A DNA stretch of 64,000 bases from Cenococcum geophilum (Eukaryota): the NCBI GenBank assembly GCA_050273025.1, contig CP158635.1, positions 31,372,001 to 31,436,000 on the forward strand. The letters are read 5' to 3'. Positions 11,153 to 25,300 of this stretch are shown here, in pieces. Position numbers and translations under genes: made by a program. The notes under the pieces are model-generated. The model worked only from the letters and a program-made list of their open reading frames with translations. It was not told the DNA's origin and did not search any database. How positions within the stretch are numbered: position 1 is the first letter of the stretch; each line of letters opens with the position of its first letter.

Positions 11153-13864
11153 CTTATAATTTAACGGTCACCACTAGCGACTCCTAGGGTACCTCTCGCA
11201 CTATTAGCCCGCAGACCTTTTAGGGCGGCTTATTTAATGGTTATAATATAGTTCTTAGATGGGATTAGCTTGCGGAAGCAGATTTATTAATTAGCTTCTA
11301 TTCTAGACAGTTTATCTAGGGTACTTTAGACCCTAAACGCCTCTAAATAATTACCCTTAACACTCTCCTAATAGATATTAAGGCTGGCGAAATAGTCTAT
11401 TCGCTATAGCTAGAAGACTCCTTCTTTACGCCAGTTGTAAATATAATAGAGGACCTATTGTTACTAGTAGTAAGTACCTATGTAGACCCTCCGGACGTAA
11501 AGATACCGATTATAAATATAGTAGAGGACCTGCCGTTACTGGTAGCAAGTACCTATAGAGACCCTCCGGTGCCGGCGCAGATCACCTATACGTAAGGGGG
11601 AGGTAATTAAAACCCTAAAACTATTAAGTATACTACAGTAAAGCTATATACACTCTCTGTGTAAGCATACCTGCGAAATATATATTAGCTGCACCCTTTT
11701 CTCTACTAGCTCCTGGAAGCACACTATTACGTAATAGTCGCTTTAACCTCTATGGCCCCTAGCCTACTAGAGGTATATAAGGAGGAAATTAATATCTTCT
11801 CTAATAAGCTAGTAAGCATACTACCGTAGAACTTTGAGTATAACTATGTAATCGACTTAGAAGAAGGTAAAACGCCACTATAAATGCCCCTCTATAACCT
11901 CTTATAGAAAGAGTTATAGATTTTATAAAAGTACCTAGACAGTACTCTTAAAAAGGGCTAGATTAAGCCTAGTAAGTCGCCTGCTAGAGCGCCTATCCTC
12001 TTTATGCTAAAAGCAGACGGTATAATGTGGCTATATGTTGACTATAGACGCCTAAATAAGATCACGATTAAAAATTAGTACCCCCTACTGCTAGTCGGCG
12101 AGCTCTTTAATAGGCTTAGTTATGCGAAGATATTTATAAAGCTAGATCTTTATAATGCGTACTATAGGATTTATATTAAATAGGGAGATAAATGGAAGAC
12201 CGCATTTAAAATACGCTATAGTTACTTTAAGTACCTAGTGATGCCCTTTAGCCTTACTAACGCCCCTATAACTTTCTAGAGCTATATTTATAAAGCTCTA
12301 GAAACCCTAGTGGATACTATTTACGTAGTTTACCTAGATAATATTCTTATCTACTTAAATAACGAGGATAAGTACGTTAAGTACGTTAAGTAGGTACCAT
12401 AATAGCTCCACGCTTGGGGCCTATACGCCAAATGTCAGGTAAAACCTGAGTAGATAGCTATATAGCTGCGAGGTGCAGGCGACCCGCAGGCGACTCGCCT
12501 GTGAGGCACGTGCGCTGCACGTGCCTATGGAAACCCCTTACCTCGCACCTTAGACTCCTCCTTCTCCCTTAAGGATTCGTCTCTGTCTATACAATATACC
12601 TATTATTCTATCATTGGACTCCCTATCCACATCCTTACCTTACATTCGAATCCTTACCAATCCCTTTAGGAGGATAGCCGGTTTAATTTTCTATGATCTA
12701 CGATGCCTCCAAAGACAAGATCGACGCCTGCACTTAACGGCGACACGCTAGCGACACGACTACAGAACGCCTCAGGATCTAGTGCTAGAAGCACATTAGC
12801 AGAATCTACGCGACCTTCCGAATCTTAAGACGATCAGACATCTACGAACGCTAGAGACTAGTTTGACTTATATACCTAGGCTTAATAGGAGCTTAGTAAG
12901 GTTACTAGCGTCCTACCGAATACTGCTAACCTAAAGGAGCTAGATAAGCTAGCTAAGAAAATAGCCAACTTACGGAGCATTATCGATTTAACCTCCCGTT
13001 ACCCCTCTAGTAAAGAGTATAAGTCGCGTAGCGAACGTATACAACAAACGAATCTCAACGCCCTAGTTAAGAAGTCACCGCCTAACATTAGTGGCACTAC
13101 TTAATAGAAGTTTAACCAATGGATTGCCGCAATCGAGAATTAATTTAAGATTAATGACGCTAACTATAACTGCGAGCAACGTACGCGCTAGGCCATCGAA
13201 GGTCTTATAAAAGAGAAGACAGTTACCTAACTAGTGCATCGCCGCCTAGGCGCCAAAGATAAGGGTCCTCTACTATAGGATAAACTTAAGACTATGGTCC
13301 AAGACCAGATCAAGAACCCTATAGTAAGACGCTTTAAAAATGCTACTGCGTACTATATAACTGTAATAAAGGAGAACTAGAAGTTTAATACCTTCTTAGC
13401 CCGTATACGTAGCTTAAAGGACCTCTTCTTATACACCCCTTTTATTAACCCTAATCAGCAGGTAGACTTTTAGTTCTTATATCTCCCGACCTACCTACAG
13501 GCAGAGCTCTTTTGCTAGAACTTTGCTATACGGGTAAAAACCACTAAGGACCTCTTCGCAGAAATCCACCGTATAGAGCAATTGCTTAATACTATAAAGC
13601 TCGCGGAAGACCGCGCAGCTAGCAACAGCAGATCCTCGCGCCTAAAGCGTGGTCGTAGTATAGGCTCCACAGGGTCAGGTTTAGAGAACGGAACCCTAGG
13701 AAGGCGACGCTTTCCCAACCAAGCTCTAGGGGAGACTACTTAACAGCTAGATAGCTTAGAGGACCCCCTAAACGCCAGCAATACGCCTACGTATTGCAAG
13801 AAAAACGTAGGTAGTAATTATAAAGAACACTAACGGTAAACCACTATAAATAATGCCTAACTGT

Positions 13865-14235
13865 TAGGTAGCAGGTCTATCCGTAACTGGGGTCCTTTAA
13901 CTAGGGCCCTTCGACCCGCTAGTAACCTACTAGTAGTAACCTATACCAACAACTTATACCGGATAGGTCCGTTTATAACCGGGGTCCTTTAACTAAGGTC
14001 CTTTAACCCGCTAGTGACCTGCTAGTAGTAACCTATACCAACGACGTATATCAGTAAATAGGTCCGTCTATAACCGGGGTCCTTTAACTAGGGTCCTTTA
14101 ACCCGCTAGTAACCTGCTAGTAGTGACCTATACTAATGACGTATATTAGTAGATAGGTCCGTCCGTAACTAGGGTCCTTTAACTGGGGTCTACGACCCGC
14201 TAGTAACCCGCTGGTAGTGACCTATACTAATAACC
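13865..14235 (+). repeat. ~75-80 bp tandem repeat array in element C
   Basis: Unit like ataggtccgtccgtaaccggggtcctttaaccggggtc..cgacccgctagtaacctgctagtagtgacctataccaacgac, about five copies. Confidence 0.85.
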
Positions 14236-15337
14236 TACGTATAAGCCTAAAGATTCGGATACCGTATACCCCTAAACGCATACCTTACGTAGGCGTATTG
14301 CGACCCAACGCCAGATAGGGAGAAAGGGAATGCATTATGGTACATATTGCGATAAATACACCCTAGGGTAAAGTCCGCCTATGTGCTTAATATAACAATA
14401 GGTGCTAAATCAACCCTTAATGCTATACAAAAGTTGCGGGTTATAGACCTTATGGGCGGTCCTAGTACTACTACACTAATAACCTAGCGCCGGCGGACCA
14501 GAGTGTCCTGCCATTCTTATTAAGACTTCGACCGACCTAATAGCGCTAGACCCTTGGCCTAGGTAATGGTCCCCCACAATAACCTTACGAGTTACCTCGC
14601 TGGCACTAACTTTACGCAGAGTCTTGTGCCACAGCAATAGTAGTAGTAGCTATCGTAGCCGAAACGGCTTATAGAACACCCCTAAGTCACTGGTCCATCT
14701 ATAGAGTATAAGGGACGCCTTTATACGCTCCACACGCGACTACCTAGGGGCGAGTTCCTGCTAGCAATACTTAAGGACTCCTAAGGCATAATAAGGTTTG
14801 GCCTTATTAAAGACCTCCGTAAATACCTAGGTACTATAATACCTGCTAACGCTTAAATCGCACCGCTATACACCTTATAGTGAGCTATAGCCCTTAAGGC
14901 CCCTATATAAGCCTAGCGGTATTACTTACTTAACTCTATTACGGATCTCCCTAAGTCTAAGACACCTCCTTATCCTTATAGACCGTTTTACGAAGCTAGT
15001 ATGCTACTACCCAGCCTTACAGCTAAAGCGTAAGCGAAAGGCAAGCGCTACTGCTGCTAAGACACAGCCTATACTAAAGAAAGGTAGAGGACATCCTAAG
15101 GGATTAAGGAATAAGCTAACGCTTATAGTAAGAGTTGCGGTATATATATAGGGTGAAGCTTAATTTATTAATATCCTACGTAAGCTATACTTTACCGCAA
15201 CCCGGTGACTCGCAGGCGACTTATAGGCGAGGCTACAGCGCGCCGCTAGTGACCTTAAAGCAATTAAAAAGTACTCTCCTAGGCCTGGACCTAGTCTATT
15301 ACTCTATACTACCTTTATAGACTGTTTATATATTAGG

Positions 15338-15702
15338 TAATAGGTCTATTTAAGACCGGGGTCCTTTAACCGGGGTCTACGACCCACTAGTAACTTACTA
15401 GTAGTGACCTATACCGACAACTTATACCAGACAGGTCCGTTCATAACCAAGGTCCTTTAACCGGGGTCTTTAACCCGCTGGTGACCTACTAGTAATGACC
15501 TATACCGACGACTTATACCAGACAGGTCCGTCCGTAACTAAGGTCCTTTAACCAGGGTCTTTAACCCACTAGTAACCTGCTAGTAGTGACCTATACCAAC
15601 GACTTATATTGTCTTACACTCGTCTGGGACCGGGGTCCTTTGACCGGGGTCTATGACCTACTGGTAACCTACTGGTAGGGACCTGTATAGACAACTTATA
15701 CA
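15338..15702 (+). repeat. Second array of the same ~75-80 bp unit
   Basis: Four to five copies. A single copy of the unit is present in B at ~21750-21840. Confidence 0.85.
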
Positions 15703-16055
15703 CTATTCCACGCATATGCTATATAAATAACGCGTAAGGCTAAAGTAAGGGTTAGTAGCGGATTTAACGGGCATATAGCCTTACTATCCTAATCTGGCTG
15801 CATATAAGTAACCTATAACCTACCCGCAAAGTATATACGGCGCTACGCCGGTATAACGCAAGGCTAAAGCAAGGGTCAGCGGCGGGTTTAACGGGTATAT
15901 AGCCTTACCGTCCATGAATCTGGCTGCATGTAAGTAACCTACGACCTACCCGCGAGATACTAGCGACCTACCTACGCAAGCGAGCTTTTGGAATATTTTA
16001 TGTCTACTAAATTCAGGCGACAGTATTGAGCTACTAGCTCTACCTATTGAACGGA

Positions 16056-16183
16056 CCAATTAGGATTTTCTATGCCAGGTATATAAAATCGCTATTGGCT
16101 TGGTAAAATGCAGGGAAGTCTTAGCAAGCTAAATCTGACTAATTAGACAACTTCGACCGGCGGTTAAAGTTCCTTAACATCTT
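16056..16183. other. Shared modules 1 and 2 (3' UTR of C)
   Basis: ccaattaggattttctatgccaggtatataaaatcgctattgg, then aatctgactaattagacaacttcgaccggcggttaaagttcc. Confidence 0.85.
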
Positions 16184-18487
16184 CGCGCAAGTGTACTACC
16201 TGTCTCTCTATGCGCAAAATTAGGACGCTCTTTCCCTTCCAATTTTTTCCTTATTAAGGTTTTTATAGGGTTTTATTAAGGCCTAAGTATATAAAGGATC
16301 GGGGACGACCCTTTTTAAAGGGGGGGGCATTGTCAGGTGAAACCTAAGTAGATAGCTATATAGCTGCGAGGTGCAGGCGACCCGTAGGCGACTCGCCTGT
16401 AAGGCACGTGCGCTGCACGTGCCTATGGAAACCCCTTACCTCGCACCTTAGACTCCTCCTTCTCCCTTAAGGATTCGTCTCTGTCTATACAATATACCCA
16501 TTATTCTATCATTAGACTCCCTATCCACATCCTTACCTTATAAAACTATTAAAATATATCTTTTATATTAAGAACGTTGAGTTCCTAGGCTTTATTATTA
16601 CCCCTAGGGGTATTATAATAGACCCTAACCGCGTAAAAGCTATTAAGGAATGGCCTAAGCCTAAGTCCTATAGGGACATCTAGGTCTTCCTTAGCTTTAC
16701 TAACTTCTATAGGCGATTTATCTAGAACTACTTAGATACTGCATACCCCCTATACGCATATCTTGTATAGGTATATCGCAACCCGACATTAGATAGGGAG
16801 AAGAAGAAGAAGCGCAAGTCGAAAGGGCCTACTAAATAGTATTAACCCTAGTCCTGGCCTGACGACGCGTAGTAGGCGTTCCGTAAGCTACGCGCTGCGT
16901 TTACATAGGCTCCTCTACTTCGCCACTTTGACCCTAATTTACCCCTAATGGTAATTACTAACGCTTCCGACTATGCCTATAGCGGTATACTTCTGCAGCC
17001 TTTAGGGTAGGGAGATTAACTCCACTAGCACCCGATTGCCTATTGTAGTTAGAAGCTTACTAGCCTAAAAGTACGGTACGATACGTATAATAAAGAACTA
17101 CTCGCTATAGTGTAATGCTTTAAGACATGGCGCTATTACCTTAAGTACGCCGCGTATGCGACGCGTGTGCTCTGCGATTATAATAATCTTAGGTACTTTA
17201 TAACCACTAAGAGCTTATCTGCTCGCTAGGCCTAGTACACCAAAGAACTAGCTAAGTTTAATTTTAAGATTAAATATAAGCTAGGTAAAATAAATCCTAC
17301 TAATATACTATCCCGGCGCCTAGATTATATTAAAGGCTTTAAAGATAGTAGTAAGAGGATAATCCTTAATATTATGCTGCCTATATTATAGCAAAAGTTG
17401 CGGGTTATAGGCCTTGTGGGCGGCTCTAGTACTATTATACTAAACTAGTAAGTAGCATGCGTGCAGTATGCGAGCGACCCTTATAAACTTGGCGCCGGCG
17501 GACTAGAGCGTCCTACTATTCTCTTTAAGACCACTTTAACTAACCTAATAGCGCTTAACCCTAGGGAAGACCCCTTAGCCTAGGCTATGGTCCCCCGCAA
17601 TAACTTAGTGAGTTACCTATATATTATATGTTACTTTACTAGCACTAACTTTACGCAAAGTCTCGTACTATAGTAAGAGGTAGTAGTAGCTGCTTTAGCT
17701 AAAACGGTGTTTATGGAATACCCCCCTAAGTTACTAGTTAATTTTATTTATAGAGTATAAAAAAGGGACGCCTTTATACGCTCTATATATAATTAGTTAA
17801 CCTAAAAATAAGTTCCTGCTAGTAATAAGGACTATACCCTTAATAATTAAGGACTCCTAAGGTAAAATAATAAGGTTTAGGTGCCGAATTGCATATTACT
17901 ATAATAGGAGATCCTTAAGCGGAATTATAACGATCCTATAGGCGGCCACTATAGTTTTAACTATACTTTTAAGGTAATCGCGCGAAAGTATACTTAGAAC
18001 GGCCTTACCTAGGACCTCTGTAAATACCTAGATAATTATAATGCCTACTAACGCTCTAAATTGCGCCGCTATAAACCCTATAGTGAGCTGCAGCCTCTTT
18101 AGGCCCCTACCTAAGCCTAGTAGCATTATTTACTTAACTTTATTACGGATCTCCTAGAGTTTAAAACTCCTAATAGCGTAGAGTATAACTCCGTCCTTAT
18201 CCTTATAGACCGTTTTATAAAGCTAGTGCGCTACTATTTAGTGCGTAAGATAATTAATGCTACGTAACTTATAGAACTCTTATTTAAAGTCTTTATATAA
18301 ATAGGGCCTCTAGATAATATTATCTTTAATAGGGGTAGTATATTTATAAGCGAGTACTAGAGTACTATATGCTACTATCTTCGCGTTTAACGTAAACTTA
18401 GCATTATATTCTACCCGTAGATAGATAATTAGATAAAGCGTTAGAACTAGGAGCTTAAGGTATACTTATATATATTTATAAACTAGG

Positions 18488-20826
18488 TGTCGGGAATGAG
18501 GCAAGCGGTCGTCACGTGACGCCGCGGCACTAGCGTGGCGAGGAGTCTTAAGCTCCTCGCCCTTCCTCATTCCAATCAATAAGCTTTATCAACCAACATC
18601 ACTGTAACCTACTCGAGTAGTCGTTATTGGTGAGTCACCCTATGTGACCAACAGTATTTCAGGGAGCAAAGCTCTACCTGGTCGTGTTTGGGTCGTAGGC
18701 TTATCGGCACAACCATAATCGGGATCGCAGGCGCATTGGTACAATCATTTGGTCGGTAGATCGCAGGTCGTACAGGCGCGACAGTTGTCAGATTCAGGTA
18801 GCAGTACGGTGCGAGCGTCGGGTGGTAATAGTGGTTGAACGTAGAGCTCGTCTATCAGTCGGTCGGTAGGGTCGTGATAGCAGGCGTATTGGCACTATCG
18901 GTTGGTTAATGTATCGTATGCATATCGGCACGATTATTGTCTGTGTAGGTAGTAGTACGGTACCAGCAATAGGGTCGTTCGGGTGGCAGTACAATGCCAG
19001 CAACGGGGTCGTATTCGTAGGCGTATCGGCATAAATTCTTGTATGACCACGTAACCTTTGTCTATACATTCCAACACTGGCAGTTCTTTCTTTATGCGTA
19101 AAACCACCAATATATAGACTCTGTTGACGTGGTATTCGTGGCTTGCAAAGGCCGTAGGAGGGAAGGGGGCACGCTGGCGTTTAGGGGCGTGCTGTTAACG
19201 TGATTTTCGACGTAGCAGATCTGTAAGGAAGGCAGCAGACGGTATTGGGGTTATAGGATGGTAGAGGGTGGTAGGGAGCGCGTTTCGGACGTTGACTTAG
19301 GACCCTAGGTTTAGTGATACTTCTGACCTAAAGTACTCGACCAAATCTTCGTAAACGTGGTTGTTCTGCGTAATAGACGCAACTTGGTATCTCCCAGTAC
19401 TCAGTAACACTTCTGTTACTGGTTTTCCGCAAGTCTAAGGTAGCTAGGTGTTTTGGTGCTGCTAATGCTGCTAGGTTGTTAGATGCTGTAAAAGCTGGTG
19501 TGCTGTATACGGCTAGAGCGCTGCCGTAGTACTACTGGGGTAGCTGCTGAGGTAGCTGCTGGGGTACTGCCCGAGGGCTGTTGGATGTTGATTTGTATGC
19601 TAAGCACACTAGGTAATAGTTTGCTGCTAAGTTGCGTAGCTACGCTGGGGTACTGCGTAAAGCAGTTGGGTAGTTGGATGTTGGGTGCTGTAAAAGCTAG
19701 TGTGCTGTGTACGGCTAGAGCGCTGCCGTAGTACTACTGAGGTAGCTGCTGCTGGGGTACTGCCCAAGGGCTGTTAGACGTTGGGTGCTATTAAGCTGGG
19801 GGTACGGCACTTAGTGAAGAGGTCGTACTAGGGGTTAATGCTGTTGAGCTAGGGGTACGGCGCTCAGTGAAGAGGTCGTACTGGGGGTTAATTTGCTGCT
19901 ATAGAATGTCTTATGCGTTGCGTATTTGTCGTATATTCTAAGCTGCTGGGGTTAGGTGCTGCCGGAGCTGCTGGTGTGGTTTTGCTGCTAGGTACTGGAA
20001 TGCTGCTTGCGATCGAAGCTGCTGGGGCAGCAGTGAACCTTGTTGCTCTATAGCCAACCGGTGAGGTTGACCATTGATCAATGTCGGTATCACCCAAGTG
20101 CACTTGATTGGCCTATTAACTGTTGAATTGATTCTTGTCTAATAGGTATCGAAAGCAGAGGATCGTAAGGATCGCGGTGCCTAAATAGGGGGCTGATGAG
20201 TCACCCTAAGGGTGACTAATCAGAGACACGACGACGACGCGACGATGACACGACGACGACACGTAACCACGTAACTTCTGTCCATATATTCCGACACTGG
20301 CAATTCTTTCTTTGTGCGTAGAACAGCCATCCTAAGACACGTGACCACGTAACCTCTGTCTATATTCTTCCAGTACTAGCAGTACGGTGCTAGCGATGGG
20401 GTTGTACTCTAGGGAGCAAAGCTCTACCTGGTCGTGTTTGGGTCGCAGGCTTATTGGTATAATAGTAATCAGGATCATGGGCATATTGGCACAGTTGGTT
20501 GGTTGGTGGTAGATCGTATACGTACAGGCGCGACGGTTGTTAGATTTAGGTAGCAGTACGGTACAAGCGTTGGGTGGTGATAGTGGTTAAACGTAGAGCT
20601 CGTCTATTAGTCGGTCGGTAGATCACAGGCACATCGGCACGATTATTCGGTCGGGTCGTGATAGCAGGCGTATTGGTGCTATCGGTTGTCGATAGTATGT
20701 GGCAGTACGGTGCCAGCGACAGGGTCATTCGGGTGGCAGTATAATGCCAGCAATGGGGTCGTATTCGTAGGCGTATCGGCACGAATTCTTGTGTGACCAC
20801 GTAACCTTTGTCTATACATTCCAACA
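18488..20826 (-). mobile_element. Chimeric non-coding Copia-derived insert D
   Basis: TSD CTAGG. Contains a + strand LTR (18488-18653) similar to Copia E LTRs, ~420-bp direct repeats (18654-19076 and ~20405-20826), a minus-strand LTR at 20082-20296, and two minus-strand PPTs (19077-19093, 20297-20313). Confidence 0.8.
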
Positions 20827-22193
20827 CTAGGAACAGTCTAATTAGGCCTCCCTACTTAAAGAAGCAGCCTTTGCCTATAACTCTAAGGTCTATACTATAA
20901 TAAAGCGTTCCCCTATTAAGCTCGCCTATGGCTAGCTACTAAACGTCCTAAATAGAGTTCTGGACAGCATTTAAGACGCCTAGTAAGGTAGGGAGGGGTC
21001 CAAGTTAATAAATGTCTAACTTATAGAGATGTACCTATAACGCCTGCGCCTTATACGTAAGGTAGCGGCGGCGTTAATAATGTACGCCTAAAAGCTTTAG
21101 GCAAAATATTATAATCGTCACTACCTAGCCAAATACTTCGCCGTTGGTAAACGAGTCCTGCTCTCCTCTAAGAATATCCATATAAAACGTCCCTATAAAA
21201 AGCTTAACTATAAGTTTATAGGACCGTTTTAGATCCTAGAGTGTATAGGGTAGCAAGTATATAAGCTAGAGCTCCTACCTACTATAGCATAGCTCTACCT
21301 AGTCTTTTATGTCTCCCTACTAGAGCCTTATAGATCACGCCCTAGGTTTTAACCCCTGGCAGTAAAAGAGCTTAAGGAAGGCAGCTGGGAAGTAGAAGTA
21401 ATTGTTGCCTACTAGGATTATACTAGATAACTACAGTACCTTATTAGATAGCTAGGATGGCTAAATAAGTATAATAAATGGAAATACGAGACAGAACTTA
21501 AGAATTGTTAATAGCTGTTAGATAAGTACCGTAAGCGGAAATCCCTAGCCTTATAGCTAAAGCGTAGGCGAAAAGTAAGCGCCGCTATTGAAATATAACC
21601 TGTATTAAAGTAGAGCAGAGGACGTCCTAAGGGATTAAAAAACAAGTAATGATTGCTGTAAGAACTACAGCCTTAATTTAGAAAGCACCCTTCCTAAACC
21701 TAGTCCGTTACTCTATACTAGCTAAGCAGATTGTTTATATATTAGAGAATAGGCCCGTCTATAACTAAGGTCTATTTAACTAGGGTCCACGACCTGCTAG
21801 TAACCCGCCAGTGGTAACCTATACTAATAACTTATATACTATTCTATATATATACTACGCAGATAACGCGCAAGGCTAAAGCATGGGTTAGTGGCGGATT
21901 TAATAGGTATATAGCCTTACCGTCCTAAACTTGGCTGTATATAAGTAATCTATAACCTACCTATAAAGTATATACGGCGCTACGCTGGTATAGTATAAGG
22001 CTAAAGCAGGGTTAGCGGCGGATTTAATAGGTATATAGCCTTATTATTTATAAATCTGGCTATATATAAATAACCTATAACTAACCCGCGAGGTACTAGC
22101 GACCTACCTACGTAAGTAAGCTTTTAGAATATTTCTAGTCTACCAAATTTAGGCGATAGTATTGAGCTCTACTAACTCTACCTGTTAAATGGA

Positions 22194-22321
22194 CTAATTA
22201 GGATTTTCTATACCGGGTATACAAAATTGCTACTAGCTCGGTTAAATGTGGGGGAGTCTTAGCAAGGCAAATCTAACTAATTAGACAACTTCGACCGCTG
22301 GTCAAAGTTCCTTAATATCTT
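22194..22321. other. Shared modules 1 and 2 (3' UTR of B)
   Basis: ctaattaggattttctataccgggtatacaaaattgc, then aacttcgaccgctggtcaaagttcc. Confidence 0.8.
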
Positions 22322-25300
22322 CGCGCCGCGTATATATACCACCTATCTCTCTATACGCAAAATTAAAACGCTTTTTCCCCTTTAAATTTTTTCCTTACTA
22401 AGGTTTTTTATAGGGTTTTATTAAGGCTTAAGTATATAAAGGATTAGGGACGACCCTTTTTAAAGGGGGGGGCATTGTTAGGTAAAACCTAAGTAGATAG
22501 TTATATAGCCGTAAGGTACGGGCGACCCTAGGGCAACCTAGGGGTGACTTGCCCGTAAGGTACGTGCTCTACACATGCCTAGGGAAAACCCTTCCTACCT
22601 CGCATATAGACTCCTCCTTTTTCCCTAAGGATTTGTCTCTGTCTATATAATATACCTACTATTCTATCATTGGACTCCCTATTTATATCCTCACCTTACA
22701 CTTAACCTTATATAAGTTGCCTACTTTATTAAAAATCTTATATAGTCCTACTATTTTATAGTCTAGCTTATGGCTAGGCCGTTCTATTTTTTAGTTCTTT
22801 ATTATAACCTAGACTATATCGCCTATAGTAAAGTTAGGCTCGCGCCTATACTTATTCGCCTACTATTTTATTAATTTCTAGGCCTTTTTTATGTTTATAT
22901 AGGCTACTTTCTAGGCTTCTTTTAAGCGCTTAGCGTACTACTAGGCTTCCTTATAAGATAGTTTTTCGTATATAGTCTAGGGCCCTTCTAGTCTTTTCTA
23001 GTTAAAGCTTATATAGGGTAGGTAACCCATTTCTAGTTAAATAGGGGCAAATCTGGTAGAGTTATAGGGTAGGGTCGCTTAGGCGTAGTCTATTAAGGGC
23101 AATAGTTTAGCCTAGTTATCCTAAAAGTAGTTAATAAAAGGCTAAAGTTTTTAGTCTAAGTATTAATTTATAATCTTCGTTTAGCCATCTGTCTAGGGGT
23201 AATATACTATAAAAAGTTTTAGCTTAATACCTAGGATCTAGGTAAACTTATTCTAAAAGGCTAATATAAACTATAGCCTATAGTCGGATATAATAGTATC
23301 TAGTAGTCTGTAAATTTAGTAGACGTAGTAAATATATAGTTAGGCCGCCTCTTTAGCATTAATATTCTTATAATAGGGAATTAAAAACGGGCGCTTGCTA
23401 AAGTAGTTAACTAGGATAATAACTATATTATATCCGTTACGGTCTAAAGGTAGCTTATAAAAGTCTATAAAAATATATTACTAGGGGCAATTAGGTATTA
23501 GGAGGGGTTTTAATAGTTATACAGTCTTATCTTATAGAATTATAGACCTATAGTAGTTATTACAGTTCTATATATAGCGGTTAATATCTATAATTATTTT
23601 AGGCTAGTAGTAGCGGTTGCCAATAATCTTATAGGTTTTATTTTTTTAGGGTAAGCCGTAGAGACCTAGGTATATACTTTAGTAATAAGCTAAGTCTATA
23701 AGTTCTGTTCCTCTACTACCACTAGCTATTTATAGTACTTAAGCAGTCTACTTTTAAGGGACTATAGGCTAGAAACGTTCTTTACCTTTTTATAGTACTC
23801 CTATAGAGAAGGGGACATATAGTTTACCTATAGTAGTTTATTAATAAGGTTTAGTTCTATAGAGTTAATAGGGCATATCTTAGCATTTAAAGAGTCTATA
23901 TTTAGTTCTGCCCATATCTAGAAGTTAAGGTGCTCTAGTTATAGTAGCGCTTAGGTCTATAATAAGATCTTTATAACTATCTAGTTATTTATATCCTATT
24001 TACGCCTTATAAGAGCGTCCGTATAGTTAGTAGCGCCTAGCCTATATATAATTAGGAAGTTAAACTAAGATAGGGTATCCGCCTAGCGCACCTATTAGGC
24101 TGTAAGGGCCTTTATTATTATAAAATATTCTAAGGCCTTATAATTGGAAACTACCTAAATAGACTTAGGAATGCCTTCTAGTTAGGCTCGCTAGTGCTAA
24201 AAGCTAAAAATAATAGCTAGTATTTCTTTATTATAAATTAGGTAGTTTAGCTTAGTATCTATTATAGTCTTTAAATAGTAAGTAATAGGGTGCTATTCTC
24301 CGTCTATTTACCTTTAGGAGTAAACACTAGCTATAATACTATCTAAGGCATTGGTTTTTAGTATTAAGGGCCGTTTTAGGTTAAAGTGGGCGAGTAAGGG
24401 GGCAGAAACTAGTCGCTTCTTAAGCTTATTAAAGGCCTGCCTATATATAGTGTTAAAGTAAAAGGGCCGGTCTTTGTAGGTAAGTAGGCTTAATAGCTAG
24501 GTAATTCTACTATAGTTTTTAATAAAGTGTTAATAGAAGTTATAGAACCCTAAAAATAACTATACCCCCTTTACGGTCCTTAGGGGTACCTATTAATTAA
24601 TTATAGCTATCTTTTCTAGGTCTATCTTAATCCCGTTTATACTAATAATAAACCCTAAATACTTTATACGCTTAACACTAAATTTTAACTTCTTAATATT
24701 AGCTTAAAGGCTAGCTTTCTAAAGCCATTATAGAACTTTATAGACATGCTCTTTATATTCTAGTTCGTTTTTAAAGTAGATTATAATATTATTTAGGTAT
24801 ACTATACAGAAGTTATTAAGGTAGTTAAATAGTATATTATTTATATATCGTTAGTATATAGCTAGTCCGTTAGTTAGTCTAAAAGGTAGTACTTTATATT
24901 TATACGTTCCGTAATAAGTCTAAAATATAGTAAGGTTTTCTAATTTAGGGTCTATCCTAATTTAGTAAAAAGCCTAGCGGATATTAAGCTTCGTAAAGAT
25001 CTTAACTCTACTTATTTAGGCTAAAGTCTTATTAAGTAAAGGCAGTAGGTAGCGGTCTTTGAGGGTTAAATTATTAAGCTTATAGTAGTCAATATAGAAA
25101 CAAAGTCCTCTATTTAGCTTTTTAGTAAAGAGAATAAGTAAGTTAAAAAGGGCTTAACTAGGCTTAATAAAGCCCTTATCCAGGTTATTAATAAGATACT
25201 ACTTTATGGCCTATAATTTAGTAGTAAATTACTATTAAAGGGGGCTATAGCTAAGGGTAACCACCTTATCCAGATTAATTTTAATCTTATAGTTGTATAG

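Larger units (their letters stand above)
12433..16542 (+). mobile_element. Non-autonomous gag-only derivative C of the family B retrotransposon
   Basis: LTRs at 12433-12644 and 16331-16542 resemble B LTRs. gag (~12704-13840) is homologous to B gag; only scraps of pol remain. It splits B RT at GLYAK|LSKC; only AAA is visibly duplicated. Confidence 0.9.
9248..22700 (+). mobile_element. Ty3/Gypsy chromovirus B
   Basis: 225-bp LTRs at 9248-9472 and 22476-22700; TSD CTTAA; PPT aaagggggggg. RT (VVYLDNILI ~12325), RNase H, integrase and chromodomain (WEVEVIV ~21386). Interrupted by three insertions. Confidence 0.95.

Noticed and set aside
18794..20827. Short ORFs within insert D
   Set aside because: They fall in LTR-like and tandem repeats and show no gag or pol motifs.
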